Source: a virus. Taken from it: a stretch of DNA of 64,000 bases. The stretch is from IMG/VR virus record IMGVR_UViG_3300021364_003460, positions 32,001 through 96,000 of that record; one strand, given 5' to 3'. Below, in pieces: positions 8,829-16,651 of this stretch. A program made the translations under genes and the position numbers. Under the pieces are notes generated by a model. It worked only from the letters and a program-made list of their open reading frames with translations. It was not told the DNA's origin and ran no database searches. The first letter of the stretch is position 1, and each line of letters starts with the position of its first letter.

Positions 8829-11800
8829 ATGCAGACATTACAAGTAAATACTTTTAAAGCTTACTTTGACTTGCTCTCTCCTAAGTATGTAGATTGGGAA
8901 TTTTATAGTAAATATTTAGACAAAGAGCCTCCTTTTGGTGAATTAGGAGTAATAGTATTTTTAAGAACTTACAGTAGATTTATTGAACAATTAGGTAGAA
9001 GAGAATACTGGAGAGAAGTATGTTTAAGAGTCGTTGAGTACAGCCTGTCTTTAGATAAAGTAACTCCAGTTGAATTAAAAAAAGAAGAAGCTAAAAAGTT
9101 ATTTGATATGATGTTTAATCTTAGAGGATTTCCTGCTGGAAGGACTCTATGGATTGGCAACACTAAGATTACTGAAACAAATGGAACAGCAAATTTTAAC
9201 TGTTCTGCTGCTACTACAGATAGTATTTCTAAGTTTGCAGAATGTTTTTATATGTTACTAGTAGGTGCAGGATATGGCTTTAGTGTAGAAGACAAATACA
9301 TTAGTAACCTGCCCACTTTTTATCCTGGTAAAACTTTAGTCAATAAAGAGTATAACTACAACAAATACTTAAAAGTAGATGATACAGAGATTGAGTTTTA
9401 TAAAGATAATAAATTTCTGTCTTCAGTGGTTTATACAGAAAAGTCTTTATGTATAGAAGAAGATAATAAGTATTTATCTGTACCAGAAGACTGCAATAAA
9501 GTTAATATTCTGGTAGGAGACAGCCGTGTTGGTTGGGTTAACACTCTAAGACTTCTACTTACTTTACATACTTATTCAAATATAAAAGTTGTTGAAGTAG
9601 ATTATGATTATGTTAGACCAGAAGGTGCAATCTTAAAAACATTTGGAGGCAGGTCTAGTGGTCACACTGCTCTAGAGACTTTACTAAATAGAGTTGTAGA
9701 AATTATAAATGAGTTATCTAAACCTGGAAAATTAAGTAGCGTTCAATGTTTAGATATTAAAAATTCTATTGGTATAGCTGTAGTAGTTGGTGGAGTACGT
9801 AGGTCAAGTGAGTTAGTATTAGGAGATTTATTTGACACTAATTTTATTAATTCTAAAAAAGACTTGTGGAGTGATGAAAGTTTAGCTAATAAAAGAGCTA
9901 CTAGAGTTATGAGTAATAACTCAGTAACCTTATATGAAAACCCTGGTTTAGAATACTTTAAACAATTAATGGAAAGTGTTAGAACATCAGGTGAACCAGG
10001 AGTATATAGCATAGGTAACGCTCAAAAAAGAGCAGCTAACAGAAAACTTACCAACCCTTGCTTTACTGGTAGTATGAAACTTCTTACTAGTGAAGGTTAT
10101 GTTGAATTTAAAGAACTAGAAGATAAAGAAGTAGAAGTAATTAATAAAGAAGGTAATATTACTAAAAGTAAAGTTTGGTCTTCTGGAATTAAAGAGTGCA
10201 TTGAATTAAGACTTTCTAATAAAGAGACTCTACAATGCACTCCTGATCATATATGGTTAACAAATGAAGGAGAAATACAAGCTAAAGATTTAAAGAATAA
10301 ACAATTAGTACCTTTTCTAAAAGAACCTGATTTAGATATTAATTATACAAGATATGGTTTTATTCAGGGAGATGGCACTTTAAATAGACTTACTTCAGTT
10401 ATACACAAAGGGTTGGAAGTAAACATAGGATATAAAGATGGAGACATTTATTCTTTATTTGAAGGTTTAAATTATACAAATAAGAGTTATAGAGTTATTT
10501 ATTTAAATGACTCTAAAGACCTAGAGGTGATTAAATCTTTAGGATATCAAGCAGTTAAATTACCTCAAAGAACTTTACCAGATAAATATCCATCTTTCTC
10601 TTTCAAAGAGAAAGCTTCCTTTTTAAAAGGTTGCTATTCAGCAAATGGTTCTGTTCTTAGCTGTGGTAGAGTCACTTATAAAGCAACTTGTAAAGAATTA
10701 TTAGAACAAATTCAAGAATCTTTATATTTAGACTTTGGAATTGAATCTTATATAACTACTAATAAGTCTAAAGAAGTGCAGTTTAGTAATGGTGTTTATA
10801 CCTGTAGAGAAAGTTATGATTTAAATGTAAATAAGTTTACTGATAAAGTTAACTTCTTTAATGAAATTGGTTTTGTTCAAAGATATAAAGTTGAATTATT
10901 AGCTAAACACTTATTAAAATCTGCACCTTATATAACTTCTATTAAAAATATTGGTGAACATAAAGTTTATGATTTTACTGAACCTGAAACTCATTGGGGT
11001 GTAGTAAATCGCTTTATAGCTCATAATTGCGGTGAAATCCTCTTAGACGACAGAGGAGTGTGCAACTTAACTGAAGCTAATGTATTAGCTCATGTTAAAG
11101 AAGATAACACTTTTGATTGGGAAGTTTGGAAAGATACTATTACTTGGGTGACTAGAATGGGATCTAGAATAACCTTAGTTGATATGTGGCATCCTAAATG
11201 GCAAGAAACTCAGCAAAGAGATAGGTTACTTGGAGTATCAATGACAGGTATAGTAGAAGCTTTTGATGCTCTTAATTGGTCAGAAGAAGACATTACTTAC
11301 TTTTATAAAAAGACTCAAAGTATTGTTGATCTTGTTGCAGATAACTATCATAACTATCTAGGTATTCCAAAAAGTTTACTTAAAACTACTATCAAACCCA
11401 GTGGTTCATTGTCGCAATTGCCTACAGTTTCATCTGGTATACATAGACCTTATGCGCCTTATTACTTAAGAAGAATTAGAGTTAGTAAAACAGATCCTTT
11501 AGCTAAAACACTATATGATTTAGGATTAATTCCTGTTCCAGAAAACAGTCAAGGTGATGACTTGTTTGGAGAATACTGTAACACTTGGGTATTTACTTTC
11601 CCAGTTAAAACTAAAGCTAAATTAAATTCAATTGATGAACCAGCTTTAGTTCAGTTAGAAAGATATAAACAAGTAATGCAGCATTATGTTCAACACAACT
11701 GTTCTATTACTGTATCTGTTGCTGAACATGAATGGGAAGAAGTAGCTCAATGGTTGTATGAAAATTATGATTACTATATTGGAATAGCATTCTTGCCTAG

Positions 11801-12008
11801 ATTTGATCCATTAGATAAAGATGGGAAGGTTCTATATCCTAACTTACCTTATCAAACTTCAAATGAAAAAGAATACTTAGAACTTAAAGATAATACTCCC
11901 AATTTAACAGAAGGAGAATTAATTGAATTGTTAACTAAGTATGAAAAACAATATGAAGAATTAGATTTAGGTTCTGATTGTGCCTCTGGAGCTTGCCCCG
12001 TGCGCTGA
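8829..12008 (+). CDS. nrdJ: class II (adenosylcobalamin-dependent) monomeric ribonucleotide reductase, intein-containing
   Basis: VFLRTYSR, PAGRTLW, NFNC, GGVRRS, NP|CGEI, VCNLTE, TTIKPSG, C-terminal CASGACPVR. Confidence 0.95.
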   Translation: MQTLQVNTFKAYFDLLSPKYVDWEFYSKYLDKEPPFGELGVIVFLRTYSRFIEQLGRREYWREVCLRVVEYSLSLDKVTPVELKKEEAKKLFDMMFNLRGFPAGRTLWIGNTKITETNGTANFNCSAATTDSISKFAECFYMLLVGAGYGFSVEDKYISNLPTFYPGKTLVNKEYNYNKYLKVDDTEIEFYKDNKFLSSVVYTEKSLCIEEDNKYLSVPEDCNKVNILVGDSRVGWVNTLRLLLTLHTYSNIKVVEVDYDYVRPEGAILKTFGGRSSGHTALETLLNRVVEIINELSKPGKLSSVQCLDIKNSIGIAVVVGGVRRSSELVLGDLFDTNFINSKKDLWSDESLANKRATRVMSNNSVTLYENPGLEYFKQLMESVRTSGEPGVYSIGNAQKRAANRKLTNPCFTGSMKLLTSEGYVEFKELEDKEVEVINKEGNITKSKVWSSGIKECIELRLSNKETLQCTPDHIWLTNEGEIQAKDLKNKQLVPFLKEPDLDINYTRYGFIQGDGTLNRLTSVIHKGLEVNIGYKDGDIYSLFEGLNYTNKSYRVIYLNDSKDLEVIKSLGYQAVKLPQRTLPDKYPSFSFKEKASFLKGCYSANGSVLSCGRVTYKATCKELLEQIQESLYLDFGIESYITTNKSKEVQFSNGVYTCRESYDLNVNKFTDKVNFFNEIGFVQRYKVELLAKHLLKSAPYITSIKNIGEHKVYDFTEPETHWGVVNRFIAHNCGEILLDDRGVCNLTEANVLAHVKEDNTFDWEVWKDTITWVTRMGSRITLVDMWHPKWQETQQRDRLLGVSMTGIVEAFDALNWSEEDITYFYKKTQSIVDLVADNYHNYLGIPKSLLKTTIKPSGSLSQLPTVSSGIHRPYAPYYLRRIRVSKTDPLAKTLYDLGLIPVPENSQGDDLFGEYCNTWVFTFPVKTKAKLNSIDEPALVQLERYKQVMQHYVQHNCSITVSVAEHEWEEVAQWLYENYDYYIGIAFLPRFDPLDKDGKVLYPNLPYQTSNEKEYLELKDNTPNLTEGELIELLTKYEKQYEELDLGSDCASGACPVR
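10059..11027 (+). mobile_element. intein (323 aa) with LAGLIDADG endonuclease
   Basis: Begins CFTGS and ends VYDF...FIAHN before a +1 Cys; YGFIQGDG and FLKGCYSANG motifs; removal restores TNPCGEI. Confidence 0.95.
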
Positions 12009-12014
12009 TGAATT

Positions 12015-12176
12015 ATGACAGCTTTATTTCCAAACTATGTAATATTATCAACCTTTAGTTTAATTCATTTAAAAGAACTATCCTTATTTTATGGATTAAA
12101 GCTACCTCAGATTTATTACCTAAGTAAGCATCAACTTATTATAGAAATCTTAAAGTATTATTCTTGGTTTAATTAA
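12015..12176 (+). CDS. small hypothetical protein (53 aa)
   Basis: Own translation MTALFPNYV...YYSWFN*. Confidence 0.35.
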   Translation: MTALFPNYVILSTFSLIHLKELSLFYGLKLPQIYYLSKHQLIIEILKYYSWFN

Positions 12177-12184
12177 ACTTTACT

Positions 12185-12240
12185 TAGCCAGCCTAATAGT
12201 TCCTCTTGACAGAGAGAGCTTCCTAACAAGAGGCTGGCTA
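12185..12240 (+). other. bulged stem-loop followed by a U-rich tract (terminator or structured RNA)
   Basis: TAGCCAG/CTGGCTA and CCTCTTG/CAAGAGG helices, then CTTTTATT. Confidence 0.55.
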
Positions 12241-12249
12241 CTTTTATTA

Positions 12250-12513
12250 ATGATAACTAGACGTGGTAATTTTATTCAACTAAACAAACCTGAGTGGTTT
12301 AAAGATAAAGCTTTCTTAAGCTGCCTTGAAAATGAGTGGACTTGGTACAGCATTCAGAAGTCTCCTGAGTTTTGGGATACTATATTTCACTATGAAGAGA
12401 ATGCTGGCAGTCTTGACTATTTACCTCACTATATAGCTGAGGAATTAGAAAGTATATGTAAATCAGAATGTTTAAGAGAAGGATTAATATGGATAACAAA
12501 CCTACCAAACTAA
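12250..12513 (+). CDS. hypothetical protein
   Basis: 87-aa ORF. Confidence 0.55.
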   Translation: MITRRGNFIQLNKPEWFKDKAFLSCLENEWTWYSIQKSPEFWDTIFHYEENAGSLDYLPHYIAEELESICKSECLREGLIWITNLPN

Positions 12514-12761
12514 AGTTTCATAACTTTAAAAATAGACAATATAAAAGACAACCTTATATACTAGAATTTAATATTTGGTATAAGTCTTTTATATTATGTT
12601 TCTATCCTCCTTGTATTGATACAGTTAACACATTTAGAGGAATAGATTATTTTCTTTCATTACCTGGATTTAAGTTTTCTTATAAAGATTACAAAGAATA
12701 TCATTATGAAAACTTAACTGATAATGATTGGTATAACTTACTAGAGGAAGAGCCTTTTTAA
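12468..12761 (+). CDS. hypothetical protein
   Basis: 97-aa ORF; true start may be downstream. Confidence 0.5.
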   Translation: MFKRRINMDNKPTKLKFHNFKNRQYKRQPYILEFNIWYKSFILCFYPPCIDTVNTFRGIDYFLSLPGFKFSYKDYKEYHYENLTDNDWYNLLEEEPF

Positions 12762-12763
12762 TT

Positions 12764-12907
12764 ATGAGAATTGAAATATCTGATTTTGGTAGATTAGAAA
12801 TCTTACTAGGTTCTCTCTACTTTGTTTTCAACTGTAGACCAACTCAATTTAGTGAGTTTGGTTACACTACTGTCTACTGGAATGGTAGACCTGTTTGGTA
12901 CGCTTAA
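12764..12907 (+). CDS. small hypothetical protein (47 aa)
   Basis: Own translation MRIEISDFG...RPVWYA*; fills the intergenic gap. Confidence 0.45.
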   Translation: MRIEISDFGRLEILLGSLYFVFNCRPTQFSEFGYTTVYWNGRPVWYA

Positions 12908-12940
12908 TTTATATTTTTAAATTTATTAAAACTAAATATT

Positions 12941-13375
12941 ATGTATAACAATCAAACTATCTGGTTAACTTTAAAGTCTGATGTTCCTAATAACTTACCC
13001 CAAGTATTTACTTTAGCTGATGGGGGTAAATTAGTTTACTATCCAGATGGTAATATTAATAATTCAAAAGGAGTTAAGAAAATAAATTCTAACTCCTATA
13101 AAATGTACTCTCCTTGTGGTGAGATTGTTGAAGTTACTAATTTAAGTAGCTTTTGTAAAGCACTATTTGGTACTACAGTAAATACTGATAGACCTAAGTT
13201 TGTATCTTCTTTTAGTGATATGTTTACTGGTATTAGAAAGGAAAATAATGTAATGGGCTGGACTAAGTTTCAAGAACCTAATGTTGCTGAACCTCAACAA
13301 CAAGAACCTGACAATCCTAATGGTGAAGAGGAAGAAGAGGATACAGAAGCCTTAGAACTATTATGTGTAGCGTAA
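12941..13375 (+). CDS. protein with a homing-endonuclease-type C-terminal DNA-binding module and acidic tail
   Basis: YKMYSPCGEIVEVTNLSSFCK...GW pattern; no nuclease motif seen; preceded by AACTAAATA. Confidence 0.5.
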   Translation: MYNNQTIWLTLKSDVPNNLPQVFTLADGGKLVYYPDGNINNSKGVKKINSNSYKMYSPCGEIVEVTNLSSFCKALFGTTVNTDRPKFVSSFSDMFTGIRKENNVMGWTKFQEPNVAEPQQQEPDNPNGEEEEEDTEALELLCVA

Positions 13376-13397
13376 GCTAAGTAATACCTAAGTTATT

Positions 13398-14126
13398 TTA
13401 ACTTGGCATCTCCCAACCTATCTTCCAATCTAAAGCAAGTAATCTAGTAATAGCTTCTTTTTCAGTCTCCATTTGAGTCTGCTCAAAAGCTCTAACTACA
13501 TCTAACCATTTACCTCTAGTGCCAGCTATAAAGTTAGCATAGTTAATTAAGTATTCATTAGATTGAAGTATCTGGTTAACTACTGCTAACAACCCAGCTT
13601 TAAACTCAGGTAGATTAGTATCTGTAATACCAGTTCTTACTATATGTTGAGCAGTTAGGTTAGGAGCATCTAAAGAATTTTGGCTAACTGAATATGCTTG
13701 TGCTTCAGGTAATATTGTAGTAGTCCACCTATCTCTTTCAGCATCAGAGTAATCAGATACAGCTTGTCTTTGTAAACTAGATGCGTAACTATAAATATCT
13801 TTTTCTACTTGCAACTTAGCTTCTACTAAAGTTTGAGGAAGTAAGTCTTCAATAACTTGCTGTCTTAACTCTTCTTGTAGTTCTAGGTAAATAGTTATTT
13901 TAGTAATGTAATAATCATATACTTCATTACTAGGATTTAAAGATTCTACAGTACCATTAAAATGTCTTAACTCATACAATACATCAGGATAGTATTCTAC
14001 TTGTTTGATATTAACAGGCAAACTAAAGGTAGATTCTAATTGTAGAAATTCTTCTCTAGTAGACTTTAATGTACTAACTTCATCATAAATCTGAATGTAG
14101 TTATCTCTAATTATAAAGTGTTTCAT
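13398..14126 (-). CDS. tail fibre assembly/chaperone-like protein
   Basis: Follows the tail-collar gene; YSDAER..W....EAQAY...AP.L pattern. Confidence 0.5.
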   Translation of the reverse strand: MKHFIIRDNYIQIYDEVSTLKSTREEFLQLESTFSLPVNIKQVEYYPDVLYELRHFNGTVESLNPSNEVYDYYITKITIYLELQEELRQQVIEDLLPQTLVEAKLQVEKDIYSYASSLQRQAVSDYSDAERDRWTTTILPEAQAYSVSQNSLDAPNLTAQHIVRTGITDTNLPEFKAGLLAVVNQILQSNEYLINYANFIAGTRGKWLDVVRAFEQTQMETEKEAITRLLALDWKIGWEMPS

Positions 14127-14127
14127 C

Positions 14128-15276
14128 TTATTTTACTTTTACTATGTAGTTGAGAACTATATAAGGCTGCATGTTGTTGTGAGCTGCTCCTCCTCCAGTG
14201 TTACTTGTAGGAGTAGAGGAAGAAGAGATAGTAATGCCTGTAGTTGATGTACTTACTAAATCTTTGTCTGCTGAGTTTTTAGAAATATAATCTTTATTTG
14301 TTGGATAAACTCCAGCAACTTCTCCAGCTACAGCAACATCTAAAGATGGTCTTAAAAAAGAATCAACATTTATATCAGAGTTTCCTCCCTCACTTCCTCC
14401 TCCTAACTTCCAAGCATATAAATCATGAGAGTGTCCTGCCCCTTCTTCTACTGTATGGGTATGTTCATTACTATGACTATGTGCAGGTAACTCACTTTCA
14501 GTTAATGTATGTGTAGCTTCACCTCCAGTAGACCCTAAAGCAAATCCAATACCAACTCCTACAGGTATTTTTTGTTCTAAGTTAGGTAAGTTAAAGGTAG
14601 AGCTGCCATCTCCTGCACCATAAGTAGTACCAAATCTACTAAACAAAACATTATAAGTTGTTCTATTAATAGCTTGACCATTAGCAAACATAAAGTTGTC
14701 ATCTGGTACAACACTACCTCCATAAGGGATAATTGCACCTACAGGTAAACTACCCCCTACAGAAGTAATATAACCAACAGTAGCTATTTGATTTGGGTCT
14801 GCCTCAGCTAGAGGAGTAGGAGCTTTAGGAATACCTGTAAAAGTAGGGCTATTAATATTGGCTTTACTGTTTTGTAAGCTAGTAATAGAGTTAGATATAG
14901 AAACTAAACTACTATTGATAGTTGCAATGTTAGTTTCTGCTGTGGTGACTCTTAAAGTGAGGGCAGTCAAATCAGCTTGTAACTGAGTTATCTCTAATAG
15001 TAAATCATTTCTTAAATTGTTAATAAGAACAGATAACTCTCCATCTCCAAAAATAGAGTCTTGTAAGTTAGTTAATTGATTAGTTAATTCAGTACAGCAT
15101 TGTTGAAGTGCAGCAATGAAATCATAGTTTTCTACTGTAGTGTAGAGGTCTGAAATGGTGCTGCTCAGTTGAGTTCCTGTGTGAAGGGATCTGTCAAGTA
15201 CAGCTAGAAAATTGTTATCTAACGTTTGGCAATCTAAGGGCGTATTTTGATTACCTCTTAAAGTTAATACTGGCAT
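14128..15276 (-). CDS. tail fibre protein with phage tail collar domain
   Basis: PVGAIIPYGG..ANGQAINRTTY..LF..GTTYGAGDGSSTFNLPNL; HNNMQPY; coiled-coil N-terminal half. Confidence 0.9.
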   Translation of the reverse strand: MPVLTLRGNQNTPLDCQTLDNNFLAVLDRSLHTGTQLSSTISDLYTTVENYDFIAALQQCCTELTNQLTNLQDSIFGDGELSVLINNLRNDLLLEITQLQADLTALTLRVTTAETNIATINSSLVSISNSITSLQNSKANINSPTFTGIPKAPTPLAEADPNQIATVGYITSVGGSLPVGAIIPYGGSVVPDDNFMFANGQAINRTTYNVLFSRFGTTYGAGDGSSTFNLPNLEQKIPVGVGIGFALGSTGGEATHTLTESELPAHSHSNEHTHTVEEGAGHSHDLYAWKLGGGSEGGNSDINVDSFLRPSLDVAVAGEVAGVYPTNKDYISKNSADKDLVSTSTTGITISSSSTPTSNTGGGAAHNNMQPYIVLNYIVKVK

Positions 15277-15390
15277 GTATACATTTTTATAAAGTTAACT
15301 TACTTCCAGTTAACTAGATTTCACATGAATAAATAAGGCAATAAATTTAACTTGTTAAATTTACACTTTTGTAAACAAAGCAATAATCAC

Positions 15391-16647
15391 ATGGCATTTT
15401 TAAGTATTGAAAGTAGCAATCCAAAGTTCAGTTACATTATTAATAAGAATCCTAGTAACCCTGCTATAGCTAAACCTATTAGGCAAGGTACTGCTATTGG
15501 GTGGTTTGCTAATGAACAGAAGTATTGTGTTAGGTTTGTAGACCCTCCTCAAAAGATGTCTTACAACAAAGCTGAGTATGAATACCTTGATGTGACAGCT
15601 TTGAGTTCACCAGCAGCTTACAGTAATCTTATTAGAGATTTCTTTAATGGATTGTTAAAAAAAGAAAGTGAGTTTGATGTAATTGAGCATGACTTTCATA
15701 AAATAGAATTAGGATTTATTAAATGTAGTAAAAGAAACCTTGAACACTTTACTAAGTTCTTTCCACAAGTTACCTATATAGAACTAGCTAAAAATACTTA
15801 TCAAGTAACCTTTTTTGATAAAAAATTAAGTTCTCTTAGAAAGCTACTTCATTTAACTAATCTATTCTGTATCTTCATGATGGTAGCTGATGATGACTTC
15901 TATGTTGACATTAATGAAGATGTTATCAAAAAGTATCTAGTTTCATTACAAGTTATAAAAGTTCCATACTATATAGCTAACCTATTCAAAATACAGTTTC
16001 TCAAAACTAAAGCTCTGTTTACTAAGTTTGCACCTACCTTACAAGAAGCCTGCACTGAAGAAGTTACCTTTGAGTTTGGTACTGTATTAGATGCTAGAAA
16101 GAGGTGGATTGAAAGTAACCTTTCTTTTAAGAACAATATAGTAGACATTGGTGCAGGAGAAGACTTTAACTACGCTTACCTGTCTAGAAACATTAAAGGC
16201 ATCTATTACCCAGTAGATAGAGATGAAGAAGCTAGAAAGTCTATTACTAGAAAGATTGAGTATAAGAAGTTTGATAAGGTAGCTGAACCTTTAGCTGACT
16301 GGAATGAAATTAAGGAACTATTAGATAGTGACACTGAAGTTATTTTAACTGAGATACTTGAACATAATAGTTTGAAGGAAGCTAGAGCTTTGTTAACAGA
16401 GGTCTTAAGTCATCCACAAGTTAAACGTTTACTTATAACCTTACCTTGGATGCCTTTCAACAAATACTATTTATTAGATACAGAGTTTAGGCATGATGAC
16501 CACAAATGGGAAGCTGATAATGAAGTATTAACTAAACTTTATTATGTTGTCAGATCAGAAAAGAAATATAAAGTTGCAGAAGCTTTTATAGGGGATTTAA
16601 TTTATGGAATATCTCCAACAGTAGGAATAATTATTGAGAAGGTGTAA
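15391..16647 (+). CDS. hen1: Hen1-like 3'-terminal RNA 2'-O-methyltransferase (N-terminal ligase-activating domain plus MTase domain)
   Basis: FSYIINKNP (cf. LGYLLHKHP), VDIGAGE, LTEILEH, FRHDDHKWE (cf. RHxDHxFEW); adjacent to pnkp. Confidence 0.85.
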   Translation: MAFLSIESSNPKFSYIINKNPSNPAIAKPIRQGTAIGWFANEQKYCVRFVDPPQKMSYNKAEYEYLDVTALSSPAAYSNLIRDFFNGLLKKESEFDVIEHDFHKIELGFIKCSKRNLEHFTKFFPQVTYIELAKNTYQVTFFDKKLSSLRKLLHLTNLFCIFMMVADDDFYVDINEDVIKKYLVSLQVIKVPYYIANLFKIQFLKTKALFTKFAPTLQEACTEEVTFEFGTVLDARKRWIESNLSFKNNIVDIGAGEDFNYAYLSRNIKGIYYPVDRDEEARKSITRKIEYKKFDKVAEPLADWNEIKELLDSDTEVILTEILEHNSLKEARALLTEVLSHPQVKRLLITLPWMPFNKYYLLDTEFRHDDHKWEADNEVLTKLYYVVRSEKKYKVAEAFIGDLIYGISPTVGIIIEKV

Positions 16648-16651
16648 TTAC

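Noticed and set aside
13398-15276. Invertible tail-fibre segment or diversity-generating retroelement
   Set aside because: No flanking inverted repeats, invertase, reverse transcriptase or TR/VR repeat pair seen
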